Origin: Polyangiaceae bacterium
GTDB lineage: Bacteria > Myxococcota_A > Polyangia > Polyangiales > Polyangiaceae
Direction: 5' to 3'
Assembly: GCA_044376115.1 (NCBI GenBank)
Contig: JBILLK010000006.1
Coordinates: 256,001 to 320,000 of the forward strand
DNA length: 64,000 bases
A program made the position numbers and the translations under genes. The notes beneath the pieces were generated by a model. The model searched no databases, had not been told where the DNA came from, and was given only the letters and a program-made list of their open reading frames with translations. Positions 1 through 9,999 of this stretch are shown here, in pieces (position 1 is the first letter of the stretch; each line of letters opens with the position of its first letter).

Positions 1-879
1 CGCGACGCTGCCGCGAGGCCCCATTTTTACCCCCACGGCCTCCAGGCCAAGCCCGGCTGTTCGGCCGCTGCGGCCGCCGCAGAAAAGCACCTTGTCACAT
101 AGAACGGTGCTGCCTCCCGCGAGCTTGACCGCGAGCGCATCGCCGTCATGAATGATCGAGTCTTGCGCTTCCTTCAGCCGAACGTCGATGCCCATCTCCA
201 CGAAGGCGACGCGCAACGCTTCACTCATGTCGCGGTCGAGAAAGGGCAGGAGCTCGTCGCGCTTGTCGACCAAGGTCACCTTGCAACCAAGCGATCCGAA
301 GATGGAGGCGTATTCACAGCCGATGACGCCTGCGCCGAGGATCACCATGCGGGGCGGCATGTTGTCGAGCTGAAGGATCGTGTCGCTGTCCTCAACCTCT
401 GCTTGATCCCACGGAATCTCGGCCGGGCGGTGCGGGACTGAGCCGGTGGCGATCAGTAGGAATTCACCCGTGACCTTGGATACGGCGCCGTCAGGCAAGG
501 CAACGGTGACCTCGTGTGGGCCGGAAACGCTTGCGTGGCCGCGCATGAGCCGCACGTCGTGTTGCTCGTACTCCGCCAAGATGCGCTCGACCTCGAGCTT
601 CTTGACCGCGGCTTTACGCGACAAAAGCTTCGGCACGAACAGGTGCTCGTCGATGGTGACGCCGACGCCGTACACCTCGCGTTGCTCACGACCCGAGAGG
701 AAAACAGCGGTCTCGCGCAGCGTTTTGGAGGGCAGCGTGCCCGTGTGCACCGCTGCGCCACCAGGCTCTTTCTCGCGTTCAATCACGATGACGCGCTTTC
801 CCATGAGGGCTGCCGTGACAGCGGCGCGCTCGCCTGCCGGGCCCGAACCGAGAACCACTAGATCGTAATCGTATTGCAC
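1..879 (-). CDS. sthA: Soluble (Si-specific) NAD(P)+ transhydrogenase, N-terminal part; runs off the left edge
   Basis: Not in the ORF track; both ends read manually on the minus strand. From GTG at 879: VQYDYDLVVLGSGPAGERAA...GGAAVHTGTLPSKTLRETA (FAD-binding GxGxxG, and the SthA-type GTxPSKTLRE segment without the redox Cys pair). The same frame at the window edge reads DKVLFCGGRSG. Confidence 0.85.
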   Translation of the reverse strand, partial: MQYDYDLVVLGSGPAGERAAVTAALMGKRVIVIEREKEPGGAAVHTGTLPSKTLRETAVFLSGREQREVYGVGVTIDEHLFVPKLLSRKAAVKKLEVERILAEYEQHDVRLMRGHASVSGPHEVTVALPDGAVSKVTGEFLLIATGSVPHRPAEIPWDQAEVEDSDTILQLDNMPPRMVILGAGVIGCEYASIFGSLGCKVTLVDKRDELLPFLDRDMSEALRVAFVEMGIDVRLKEAQDSIIHDGDALAVKLAGGSTVLCDKVLFCGGRSGRTAGLGLEAVGVKMGPRGSVA

Positions 880-1038
880 GTGGAGGCGAGGGTAGTATCC
901 CCGGTCCGCCAAGAGCAACAGCGAGCGAACCATGTCGAACGATCTACCTGTCCCCTGCTGCATCCAGTTCAGGATGAAGATGGGCGAGCGCTTTAATTCG
1001 GTAAAATCTTGGTGTGCCGGCTCTGGGAGGCCGTGACG

Positions 1039-2850
1039 ATGGGCCAGCTTCGTAAGAACCTCTTATCCTTCGCAGCAACGGCTGGGCACCGAGTCAAAGG
1101 GGCGATCGCGGTACTGACGCAGGACCCAGTACGTGAAACCGGCATCGTTCAGCGCATCGAGCACTGGGCGGCCAAGGATGGTGAGCGCGTCTTCGTCTCG
1201 TTCGAGAAGGAGCGATTGAGCTACCGAGAGATGGCCGGCCGCATTGCTCGCCGTTCGGCCACGCTCGCGAAAGAGGGGGTCAAGCGCGGGGACAGCGTCG
1301 TGTTGATGATGAGCAACCATCCGGCGTTTCTGGTCAATGCATGGGCCATATCCAGGCTCGGCGCAGTCGCCACGCTCATCAACACCAACCTAACCGGCGC
1401 GAGCCTGCGGCACGCACTGCTCTCGACCAAGCCACGGCTTTTCGTGGTTGGCCGGGAGTTCATAGGCACGGTAGCGGAGGCGCTCGAGGGTGAGCCCGCT
1501 CGCGTGTTGTGGGAGGAGACGCGTCCGGCGGAGGGCACCTCGACCGCCGATGCAGCTCCGCCCGAATTGGAGCTACCGAGGCTCGACGCCGAGGTGCGCG
1601 ACGTTCCTGACGCCGTGATCACACGGGGCGACGACCTTTACGTTTATATCTTCACCAGTGGGACGACGGGTCTACCCAAGGCCGGCCGCATCTCGCACGC
1701 ACGCTCGATGACCGCGGCCCACGGCTTCGGTGGCTTCACCCTCGGCTTGGGCCCGAGCGACGTGCTCTACGTGTGTCTGCCGCTCTTTCACAGCTCGGGG
1801 TTTCTCATCGGAGCTGGTGGCGTCGCCAACGCGGGCGCAACCATCGCCCTCGCGCGCAAGCTCTCGGTCAGTCGCTTCTGGGACGATGTTTGCGACTCAG
1901 GCGCCACAGCCTTCGTCTACATCGGGGAGATCTGCCGCTACCTGCAGATGGCTCCACCCCATCCCAAAGAGCGCATGCACAAGCTCACCCGCATGGTTGG
2001 AAACGGCATGCGGCCCGACGTCTGGAGAGAGTTCGTCAAACGCTTTGAGCCAGGGGTGGTGCACGAATTTTACGGCGCCACCGAGGGCAACGTGAACATG
2101 ACCAACCTGCTCGGGCGCGAGGGCTCGGTCGGGAGGATGCCGCCCTTCTTCTGGATGGATAACGCGTTCTTGGCCAAGTGGGACGCTGACAACGAGGTCC
2201 CGCTCCGCGATCCGAACGGGTTCTGTGTGCCCTGCAAACCAGGCGAGGTGGGTGAGCTGCTCGGCCGCATCGACGCCTCGCGACCGACGATGCGTTTTGA
2301 AGGGTATCTCGGGGAGGCGGCGACCAACGCCAAGATCCTTCGCGACGTGAAGGTGCGTGGCGACCAATACTTCCGCTCGGGCGACCTGCTCAAGAAGGAC
2401 CGCTGGGGCTTCTATTACTTCGTCGATCGCATCGGCGACACCTTCCGCTGGAAGGGCGAGAACGTATCGACCAACGAGGTAGCGGACGTTTGTGCGCAAG
2501 CCGAAGGGGTTGAGTTGGCCAACGTTTATGGCGTGAGTGTGCCCGGCGCGGACGGTCGGGCTGGAATGGTGGCGCTCTCGCTCCAAGCCGGTGCTCACTT
2601 CTCCCCGGAGCGCTTTTACGAGCACGTGATGAAGCGGCTGCCTCCGTACGCCGCTCCGCTCTTCGTACGGTTACTGCCGGAAGCCGTGGTCACGGCGACC
2701 TTCAAATTGCGCAAGGTCGATCTGCAGCGTGAAGGCTTTGACCCAGCGGTGACTTCGGATCTGCTCTTCTACCGAGACGACAAGAAGCGCTCCTTCGAAC
2801 CGATCACGAGTGAGCTCGTAGCTGCGGGAGAATGGCCCCCGCGCATTTGA
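1039..2850 (+). CDS. Long/very-long-chain acyl-CoA synthetase, FATP/FadD6-like
   Basis: AMP-binding motif YIFTSGTTGLPKA, YIGEICRYL, EFYGATEGN, and FATP-type FRSGDLL...YFVDRIGDTFRWKGENVST; ATG at 1039 follows GGAGG. Confidence 0.87.
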   Translation: MGQLRKNLLSFAATAGHRVKGAIAVLTQDPVRETGIVQRIEHWAAKDGERVFVSFEKERLSYREMAGRIARRSATLAKEGVKRGDSVVLMMSNHPAFLVNAWAISRLGAVATLINTNLTGASLRHALLSTKPRLFVVGREFIGTVAEALEGEPARVLWEETRPAEGTSTADAAPPELELPRLDAEVRDVPDAVITRGDDLYVYIFTSGTTGLPKAGRISHARSMTAAHGFGGFTLGLGPSDVLYVCLPLFHSSGFLIGAGGVANAGATIALARKLSVSRFWDDVCDSGATAFVYIGEICRYLQMAPPHPKERMHKLTRMVGNGMRPDVWREFVKRFEPGVVHEFYGATEGNVNMTNLLGREGSVGRMPPFFWMDNAFLAKWDADNEVPLRDPNGFCVPCKPGEVGELLGRIDASRPTMRFEGYLGEAATNAKILRDVKVRGDQYFRSGDLLKKDRWGFYYFVDRIGDTFRWKGENVSTNEVADVCAQAEGVELANVYGVSVPGADGRAGMVALSLQAGAHFSPERFYEHVMKRLPPYAAPLFVRLLPEAVVTATFKLRKVDLQREGFDPAVTSDLLFYRDDKKRSFEPITSELVAAGEWPPRI

Positions 2851-4145
2851 ACGTGCGTGCGTTCGCGTCGATGCTCGTTCTTGCTGCCTGCTCCGAACCA
2901 GTGGCGCGAGAGCGAGCCGCTAGCAGCGCCGCGACGCCCTCTGAGGACGCTGCGGCAGTGCTTTCGGTGGCGTCGGCGGGCCAGCTGGGCTCAACCACCA
3001 CAGCGACCGAGCCGCCGGTTGATCGCTGGGTCGAGCAGACGCTGCGCGCGGCAGACCCACGCTTCGCTGGCTGGATCGACGACGCGGAGAACCTGCGTTT
3101 ACAGGTGCTGGTGACTGAGGTCTCGCCAGACGGTCAAACCTGGATCAGCCACGGGTTTCGCGTAGACGCTGAGTACTTCTACCCGGCCAGCGCCATCAAG
3201 CCCTTCTTGGCCGTCGCGAGCTTGCGCGCGCTCGATGCGCGTGTGGCAGGGCAAATCCCGCTCGGGACGCGCATTCGTCGCTGTCAGCCGTTGCGTCCGG
3301 GGTGCGAGCCGCCGGAGCAAGATGAAGACAAGGAGGCCGAGTCGAGTGAGCCGGACTCCAAGCCAAAGCACGAGAAGCTCTACCTCGGCGAGGAGATCGC
3401 CAAGCTGCTCTCGTATTCGGACAACGACTCGTACAATCGGCTGTGGGACATCGTTGGGCATAGCGAGCTGAACGCGGCTGTGGCGGAGCTCGGCTTCTCG
3501 TCGATTCGGTTCCACCATCGCATGGACGCCCCCGCCGAGCGCTCGCGCAGCACCGTTCGGGTTCAGCTATTGCCGCCGTCGATGAAAGGGCTCGATTTGC
3601 CCGCCCGCAAGAGCTCCTTCGAGCCAGCGCCGACGCCGGCCGAGCGCTTGCTGATAGGGACGAGTTACTTCGATCGCGGTAAGCGCGTCGAAGAGCCGAT
3701 GAACTTCGCGCGGAAGAACTACGTGTCGCTCCGCGAGCTGCAACAGATGAACATGTCCTTGTTGTTCCCCGCGCGCGCCGAGGCCAAGCCGCTCAGCCTC
3801 TCCGAGCTCGAGCGCGAGCATCTGATCAAGGCGATGACGGCCAACCTCAGCAAGCCCGCCAATGCCGCCGAGCACCATCCACTTTCGGCCGGGGTCTTGG
3901 AGGTCATGCCGGACGCCAAGCAGCTGCGCATCGTGGGGAAGTCAGGCCGAGCGTACGGCTTTCACATCGACAATTCCTGGGTCGAGGACAAGAGTAGCAA
4001 GCGCGCGTTCTTCGTCACTGCAACCGTCTACGCCAATCCGGATGGCGTGCTCAACGATGACGACTACGCCTACGACGAGACGAGCAAGCCGCTGCTGCGC
4101 GCCCTCGGTGCGGCTCTGGCACGCAAAATATTGCTCGCTCCGTAA
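2832..4145 (+). CDS. Serine hydrolase lipoprotein, class A beta-lactamase/PBP-related
   Basis: Lipobox LAAC; SxxK (YPASAIK), SDN (YSDNDSYN) and K-S-G (GKSG) motifs in canonical order. Confidence 0.75.
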   Translation: MAPAHLNVRAFASMLVLAACSEPVARERAASSAATPSEDAAAVLSVASAGQLGSTTTATEPPVDRWVEQTLRAADPRFAGWIDDAENLRLQVLVTEVSPDGQTWISHGFRVDAEYFYPASAIKPFLAVASLRALDARVAGQIPLGTRIRRCQPLRPGCEPPEQDEDKEAESSEPDSKPKHEKLYLGEEIAKLLSYSDNDSYNRLWDIVGHSELNAAVAELGFSSIRFHHRMDAPAERSRSTVRVQLLPPSMKGLDLPARKSSFEPAPTPAERLLIGTSYFDRGKRVEEPMNFARKNYVSLRELQQMNMSLLFPARAEAKPLSLSELEREHLIKAMTANLSKPANAAEHHPLSAGVLEVMPDAKQLRIVGKSGRAYGFHIDNSWVEDKSSKRAFFVTATVYANPDGVLNDDDYAYDETSKPLLRALGAALARKILLAP

Positions 4146-4257
4146 GCCTGTTTGAGGGCACTTCCAGGAGCCCAAGCTGATAGCGTTACGCCACCACGCC
4201 TTGGCCTCGCGGCGATACGCGGCTAAGAGTTTGGCCCTGTTTTTTCGAGAGGTTCCA

Positions 4258-6006
4258 ATGCGCAGGTTGTTCGGTTCGCTTTCGGTTCTTGGTTTGGTGC
4301 TGATGCCGCGGGCAGCGGCAGCTCAACTGCTGTTCGAGGATCAGGGCACTGCGGTCTTGCCGCAGGGATGCAACGGCTCTGGCTGTTGGACGAACTATGC
4401 GCGCGCCGTGGACGTGGACGGAGACGCCGATCTCGATTTGGTGGCAGTCAACTGTGGAGGCTTCTTCTCGAACCCGCAGCCGCAACCGCTGATCGTGTGG
4501 ACGAACGACGGCGCTGGGAACTTCGTCGACGCCTCCAACATCTTCGGCTCGATCTCGGCGACCTTGCGTCAGGTCGCCTTCGGTGACGTTGACGGCGACG
4601 GAGACGTCGACATGGTGGCTCCCTCGGCGGGCAACGCGCAGCCCGATCGGCTGTTCATTCAGACTGCCCCAGGCGTTTACGCGGACGAGGCCTCTACGCG
4701 CTTACCGGCCAATAGTTCGAGCGACGCAGGCGCTGTTCGCTTGGGCGATCTGGATGGGGACGGCGATTTGGATCTAGTGGTGGCCGAGGGCTACCTCAAC
4801 GACGGCGCAGACCCAGCGAGCATTTATCTCAACGACGGGACCGGCAAGTTCACGCTCACGAACACCACGGTTCCGACGAGCAAGAACGGCGTGAATCCAG
4901 ACGATGTGGATCTCGCGGACATCGATGGCGATTTCGATCTCGATATCCTGATCAACTTTCACCAAGGTCAGAACTCGCTTTGGCGCAACGACGGCGCCGG
5001 CAACTTCGAGGACATCTCGGCGAATTTGCCTGGTCTCTCGGGTGGCGCCTTCCACTACGGTCCGGCCTTCTGTGACGTCGACAACGACGGCGATCTCGAT
5101 CTCTTCACCGACAACGCCTCAGCGGATGGCAGCTACCAAGAGCAGCTGGCGATCAACGATGGCAGCGGGAACTTCAGCGATGAAACCTCGCGCATCAGCG
5201 GCAACAGCTCGGCCGATGACAACCTGATCGCCTGCGTAGACTACGACTCCGACGGGGACTTCGACTTCATCGTCGGGTCGCTCGCGACCAATCATCGGGT
5301 CTTTCAGAACGACGGTCAGGGGAACTTCCAATTGGTGGCCAACGCGGTGGATGGTCCCACCGTGCCGAATCTGTGGCTCGAGATCGGCGATCTCAACGGG
5401 GACAAGCGCGCCGACCTTTTCGCCGTTCAAGGCGAGGGCAATCCGCAAACCGAGCGCCTGTACTTCGGCAACGCCAGCGTGGTCGAAGACAACCTGGCGC
5501 CGCGCGTGATCGCGATCGAGAACGTGGACCTATCTTCCGCTGCCGAAACGGTGGTGCGCTTCCGGCTTTCGGACAACGCGACCTCCGACGGCGGACCCCG
5601 CGTCGATCGCGCCTGGGTGCAGATCGGTAATCAGCAGATCGACGCAGAGTTCATCGGTGGCGACGTGTTTCGCGCAGTGGTCCCGGCGACGAGCGAGAGC
5701 GTGTTTACGGTGTGCTCTGCAGACGCTTCAGGCGTGACCGAGTGTGACGGTGGTGAAGGCGGCGGCGGCACTGGCGGAGGCAACGCTGGCGGTGCCGGTG
5801 GCGCCGGTGCTGGCGCGGCCGGCGGCGAGTCGCCGGGCTCTGGGCCTTCGGGCTCTGGTGGTTCGGGAGGCGCTGGTGGGTCGGATTCGGAGGGCGGCTG
5901 CGATTGTCAGTTACCGGCCCAATCGTCGACGCCGGGCCTCGCCCTGGGCGCTCTCGGCTTGCTGCTCGCGGCCATGCGCCGTCGCGCCGGCCGAGGTTCC
6001 AAGTGA
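4258..6006 (+). CDS. Secreted FG-GAP/VCBS-repeat protein with Gly-rich linker and MYXO-CTERM-like sorting tail
   Basis: Signal peptide; about seven D(V/L/I/Y)D(G/N/S)DGDxD-type repeats with NDGxGxF; C-terminal GGCDC, hydrophobic stretch, then RRR. Confidence 0.8.
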   Translation: MRRLFGSLSVLGLVLMPRAAAAQLLFEDQGTAVLPQGCNGSGCWTNYARAVDVDGDADLDLVAVNCGGFFSNPQPQPLIVWTNDGAGNFVDASNIFGSISATLRQVAFGDVDGDGDVDMVAPSAGNAQPDRLFIQTAPGVYADEASTRLPANSSSDAGAVRLGDLDGDGDLDLVVAEGYLNDGADPASIYLNDGTGKFTLTNTTVPTSKNGVNPDDVDLADIDGDFDLDILINFHQGQNSLWRNDGAGNFEDISANLPGLSGGAFHYGPAFCDVDNDGDLDLFTDNASADGSYQEQLAINDGSGNFSDETSRISGNSSADDNLIACVDYDSDGDFDFIVGSLATNHRVFQNDGQGNFQLVANAVDGPTVPNLWLEIGDLNGDKRADLFAVQGEGNPQTERLYFGNASVVEDNLAPRVIAIENVDLSSAAETVVRFRLSDNATSDGGPRVDRAWVQIGNQQIDAEFIGGDVFRAVVPATSESVFTVCSADASGVTECDGGEGGGGTGGGNAGGAGGAGAGAAGGESPGSGPSGSGGSGGAGGSDSEGGCDCQLPAQSSTPGLALGALGLLLAAMRRRAGRGSK

Positions 6007-7661
6007 AGCCGCCGCGTTTGGTCGGTCCTGCGCTGACCGCGGCACGCCTTGCCGCTGAGTCGGGGCCAGCGGCGGCGGTGCTCAAGAACGTACTCTCGGA
6101 GAGCCTCGGGCTCGACAAGCTGAAGGCCGTTCCGGAGCATGACCGCTCGACGGTGCCGGTCACCAACGAGCCATTGGTTGCACGCGCAGAGAAGAAGCTC
6201 AGCGACGCGAAGCTCCCTCCGCCCAAAGGCCATTCGTGGCCGCGCACCTCTGCCGAGTTGCGCGCGGCCTATGCTGCCGGAACGGCTTCCGCTGAGGACA
6301 TCGGACGGCGCTCGCTCGCTTTCGTTCGGCGGCTCGAGGCGAACCGCGTGCACAACGTGCTGGCGGCGGAGCAAGAGAGCCGCACTCGGAGCGAGGCCGA
6401 AGAATCGGCGAAGCGGCATCGCGCGCGCGCGGCGCGTGGTCCGCTGGACGGCATCCCCTTCATCACGAAGGACGAACTCGATGTGCAGGGGCTCGCAACC
6501 CGGGTGGGGTCACGCTGTGAGTCCACCGCGCCCAAAGCGGCTGACTCTACGGTCGTGGAGCGGCTGCGAGCTGCGGGTGCCGTGTTCGTTGCCAAGACGG
6601 TCATGACGGAATGGGGCATGTCGCCGCTTGGTCAAAACCCGAACTTCAACATGCCGACGAACGCTCATCACGCCGAGCGTTGTCCCGGTGGCAGCAGCTC
6701 GGGCACGGCGGTGGGCGTGGCGCTTGGCGTGGCGCCGTTGGGCGTCGGTACCGACGGTGGCGGGTCGGTGCGCATTCCGGCTTCGCTCAACGGTCTCTTC
6801 GGTCTCAAAGCCACCTTTGGTCGCGTCAGCCGCGCAGGCAGTCTCAGCGGCACCGTCGGTCACGTCGGGCCCATTGCTTCGTCCGCCTGGGAGCTCGCCC
6901 ACTTTCTTGATGCCGTCTCGTCGACGCCAGACCGGCTTGATCCATCGACGTCGTGGGCGCGAAAGCCAGGTCCTGGTGGCTTTGGTGCGCGCCTCGGCGC
7001 GGGCGTCAAAGGGCTGCGTATCGGCGTTCCGGAGGCCGAGTGGTCCAGCGCTGCTCGCGATGTTGCAGAGGCCTGCAAACAGGCGCTATCCGCCCTTGAA
7101 CGTGAGGGAGCGGAGCTCGTATCGGTCAACATGCCGCTGGCGAACGTGGCCGCGCCGATCGGCTATCTCACCATCGGCAGCGAGATCCTTGCGGCTCATT
7201 GGCAGGACTTCGTTCACCGCCGTGAGCTGATGGGGGAGGACCTTCGGCTTTCTTTGGCGGTGCTCTCGAGCATCTCCGCGCACGAGTTCCTCGATGCCCA
7301 GCGTCTGCGTACGGCGCTGCGGCTCGAGTCGGCCAAGTTGCTCGAGGACGTGGACGTGATCGCGCTGCCCACCACCGCAACCACTGCCCCCGCTCTGCCG
7401 GTGGCCCAACGCGGGCGTGCGTTCTCGGATCCGGAGGCGATTGACGCCATGTGCCGCTTCAATTTCTTGGGCAACCTGACTGGGCTTCCAGCGGGGACCG
7501 CGCCGGTTGGACAAGACGTGGATGGCTTACCGATCGGCCTGCAGATCATCGGTGATGCTTGGGATGAAGCGATCGTGATCGGGGTGCTCGGCCACCTTGA
7601 ACGGCTTGAAGTTGCTCGCGTCCCGAGGCCCAAAGCGGCGCTCGATCTGCTCTCTCTGTGA
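6003..7661 (+). CDS. Amidase-signature family enzyme (FAAH-like)
   Basis: GPLDGIPFITKD, PGGSSSG, GTDGGGSVRIPAS, GLKATFGRV; GTG at 6003 overlaps the upstream stop (GTGA). Confidence 0.9.
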   Translation: MKPPRLVGPALTAARLAAESGPAAAVLKNVLSESLGLDKLKAVPEHDRSTVPVTNEPLVARAEKKLSDAKLPPPKGHSWPRTSAELRAAYAAGTASAEDIGRRSLAFVRRLEANRVHNVLAAEQESRTRSEAEESAKRHRARAARGPLDGIPFITKDELDVQGLATRVGSRCESTAPKAADSTVVERLRAAGAVFVAKTVMTEWGMSPLGQNPNFNMPTNAHHAERCPGGSSSGTAVGVALGVAPLGVGTDGGGSVRIPASLNGLFGLKATFGRVSRAGSLSGTVGHVGPIASSAWELAHFLDAVSSTPDRLDPSTSWARKPGPGGFGARLGAGVKGLRIGVPEAEWSSAARDVAEACKQALSALEREGAELVSVNMPLANVAAPIGYLTIGSEILAAHWQDFVHRRELMGEDLRLSLAVLSSISAHEFLDAQRLRTALRLESAKLLEDVDVIALPTTATTAPALPVAQRGRAFSDPEAIDAMCRFNFLGNLTGLPAGTAPVGQDVDGLPIGLQIIGDAWDEAIVIGVLGHLERLEVARVPRPKAALDLLSL

Positions 7662-7727
7662 AGTCAAAATAGTCGCCGACTCTCCCTCTTTTTTCGCCTT
7701 CTCGAAGAAGCGTCTTAAGAGGGGGGC

Positions 7728-8456
7728 ATGCGGACCTTCGCTCCCATTTTTGCCTCGCTCATCGGATTGGCGGTTGCCCTCCAGGGGTGCCACCGTGAGG
7801 ACTCTGCAGCCAAGGAGTCAGCCCCTGCAGAACCGCCGGCACTCGCCAAGCTCGAAGAAGCGAAGCCGCTTCCGGCGATCCCGGCGATCCCTGCGCCCAA
7901 GAAGCTCGACGCTCCTAGTCAGCCGGAAGCTAGCTCCGACGCTGCGGCCGAGGACGAAGAAGAGAGCGCAGATGAGCAGCCTGAAGAGGCGAAGCCAAAC
8001 AAGAAGCGACGCGCCTCCAAGGGCTCGCGGCGCCGCTCGCGCAGCCACTCAGAAGAAGAGACCGCCGAGGTCGCGAGCAACAAGGGCAGCAAGGTCAAGA
8101 GCAGCAAGGATGCTGTCGACGGGGCCCCGCTGAGCCTCAAGCGCATTCAGTTTGCGGAGGCGATCAAAGATCGCGAGCCGGTCGATCCCGAAGAGACCTT
8201 CTCGATGACCAACACGGGCAAGCTCTACGCCTTTCTCGAGCTTTCCAACCAGTCGGAAGAAGAAGAGAAGGTGACCGTCACTTTCGTCCCGCCGATGGGT
8301 GGTGCGACCAAGGTCACGCTCGATGTGGGTCCACAAAAACGCTGGCGTACCTGGGCGTTGCGCAAGGCCGTCTCCGCTCCCGGAACCTGGCGAGTGGTGG
8401 TGCGCGATAGTCACGGCAAGGAGCTCGGTAGCCGCACCTTCGAGGTTACGGAGTGA
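7728..8456 (+). CDS. Lipoprotein with low-complexity linker and C-terminal DUF2914-like Ig domain
   Basis: Lipobox LQGC; C-terminal IKDREPV...LYAFLEL...RWRTWA...PGTWRVVVRDSHGKELGSRTFEV pattern. Confidence 0.65.
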   Translation: MRTFAPIFASLIGLAVALQGCHREDSAAKESAPAEPPALAKLEEAKPLPAIPAIPAPKKLDAPSQPEASSDAAAEDEEESADEQPEEAKPNKKRRASKGSRRRSRSHSEEETAEVASNKGSKVKSSKDAVDGAPLSLKRIQFAEAIKDREPVDPEETFSMTNTGKLYAFLELSNQSEEEEKVTVTFVPPMGGATKVTLDVGPQKRWRTWALRKAVSAPGTWRVVVRDSHGKELGSRTFEVTE

Positions 8457-9076
8457 TGATGGATCCGCGCGCTCTCATGCACGGCTCCGTGGCGGTGGTC
8501 GCCCTTGCCGCAAGCCTGCTCGGTTGGGTCTCCGAACCTTCCCATGTCTGCGACGTTGGTCACGAAGCTCACGACGCTCCAGCTGCAGCTCACAAGCGCG
8601 GCCGCTTCGAGGTGCTCTCCGACGTGGCGCTGTCGCAGAACGTGACCGAGAAGCTCAACCTCGTCGCCGAACGTTACAAGCGCCGCACCGGCAAGACCTT
8701 CATCGTTACCAGCGGCACGCGCGATCCGGTTAGCCAGGCGGAGCTGATTCACGACAAGCTCAGCGCCGGCGACGATCTGATGAAGCTCTACAAAGACAAG
8801 GCCGCCGTGGCGGAGCTCGTGCAGATCTACAACGCGGGCCAGGCCGCCAAGAAGTCGCGCGCCATCATCGTCTCCTCGATCGCCACGGCGATTCGTGGGC
8901 AAATCAAGAAGGGCGTGTTCATCTCGGCCCACCTCAAGGCCGGCGCCGCGGACGTCCGCAGCACCAACATGTCAGCCTCGGAGAAGCGCGCGTTCGTCGA
9001 CGCAGTGCGCGAGGCCGGCGGCTTCGACGTGATGTTCGAATCCACGCCGCCTCACTTTCACCTGCAGCTCGACTGA
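8453..9076 (+). CDS. Putative zinc peptidase, M15/Hedgehog-DD-peptidase (LAS) fold
   Basis: VTSGTRDPVSQ, SAHLKAGAAD (H-x6-D) and terminal PHFH (HxH); N-terminal hydrophobic segment. Confidence 0.6.
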   Translation: MMMDPRALMHGSVAVVALAASLLGWVSEPSHVCDVGHEAHDAPAAAHKRGRFEVLSDVALSQNVTEKLNLVAERYKRRTGKTFIVTSGTRDPVSQAELIHDKLSAGDDLMKLYKDKAAVAELVQIYNAGQAAKKSRAIIVSSIATAIRGQIKKGVFISAHLKAGAADVRSTNMSASEKRAFVDAVREAGGFDVMFESTPPHFHLQLD

Positions 9077-9079
9077 CGC

Positions 9080-9778
9080 TCAGTTCAGCCCGACGTAGAG
9101 GTTCTGGACGTCATCATCTTCGTCCAGCGCCTCCAAGAAGGCCTCGACCTCGGCTCGCTGCTCTCCTTCGAGCGCCACCGGGTTCTTGGGCTTCCAGATC
9201 AGCTTGGCCGAGGAGACGCTCCATTTGCGATCGCCCAGGGCCTTGCCGACGATCCCGAGATCACCCGGATCGCTGAAGAAGCGCGTGGTGCCGTCCGCAT
9301 CCGACTCCACTTCTTGCGCGCCGCACTCGATCGCGGCCTCTTCAGCGTCGACTCCGGCTCCCGGCGGCGTAGCCTCGACTTCGCCGACGCGCTCGAAATC
9401 CCAGGAGACCGAGCCGCTTGCGCCCAGTTGGCCCTTGCGAAAGAGCAGTCGCACGTTGGACGAGGTGCGGTTGCGGTTGTCGGTGAGACACTCGACGATC
9501 ACCGGGACCTGGTGCGGCGCAAAGCCTTCGTAGACGACGGTCTCGAATTGAACGCCTTCATCCAAGAGCCCAGCGCCCTTCTTGATCGCGCGCTCGAGGG
9601 TCTCTTTGGTCATCGAGGCCTTTTTGGCCGCTTCCACCGCCATCCGGAGCGCGGGATTCAAGCTTGGATCAGCGCCGTTGCGCGCGGCGACCATGATCTC
9701 CTTCGCGAGCTTGCTGAACACGCGCCCTTTGGCGTTCGCCGAAGCCTCGCGACCCTTCTGTTTCCACTGTGCACCCAT
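9080..9778 (-). CDS. yebC: YebC/PmpR (TACO1) family protein
   Basis: MGAQWKQK..., [41 protein letters not shown]. Confidence 0.93.
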   Translation of the reverse strand: MGAQWKQKGREASANAKGRVFSKLAKEIMVAARNGADPSLNPALRMAVEAAKKASMTKETLERAIKKGAGLLDEGVQFETVVYEGFAPHQVPVIVECLTDNRNRTSSNVRLLFRKGQLGASGSVSWDFERVGEVEATPPGAGVDAEEAAIECGAQEVESDADGTTRFFSDPGDLGIVGKALGDRKWSVSSAKLIWKPKNPVALEGEQRAEVEAFLEALDEDDDVQNLYVGLN

Positions 9779-9972
9779 GGCAGGAGCCCATAGCGCACTT
9801 CGGTCATGGCTGAGAAGCGTCCAAAGCCCCACAAGCCCGAGATCGAGCGTGCGTTGGCCAGGAGAGGCTGCGTGTGTGCGGCCGGCCACAGCGTGGGTCT
9901 GGCCCGCCGCGCGCCAGCTTCAGGCGGGGAAAGGACGGGGCGGGTTGCGGCCAAAAGCCGGCCTCCAGAGGG

Positions 9973-9988
9973 CGGCACGCCCTGTGCT
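9973..9988 (+). promoter_or_regulatory. Putative sigma54 -24/-12 promoter
   Basis: CGGCACGCCCTGTGCT matches GG-N10-GC with CACG after GG and TGCT at -12, just upstream of the L,D-transpeptidase ORF. Confidence 0.5.
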
Positions 9989-9999
9989 GAGGAGTCGGT

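Noticed and set aside
148..868. Plus-strand ORFs at the left edge
   Set aside because: They are shadows of the minus-strand sthA frame, which the ORF track missed because it lacks a stop inside the window.
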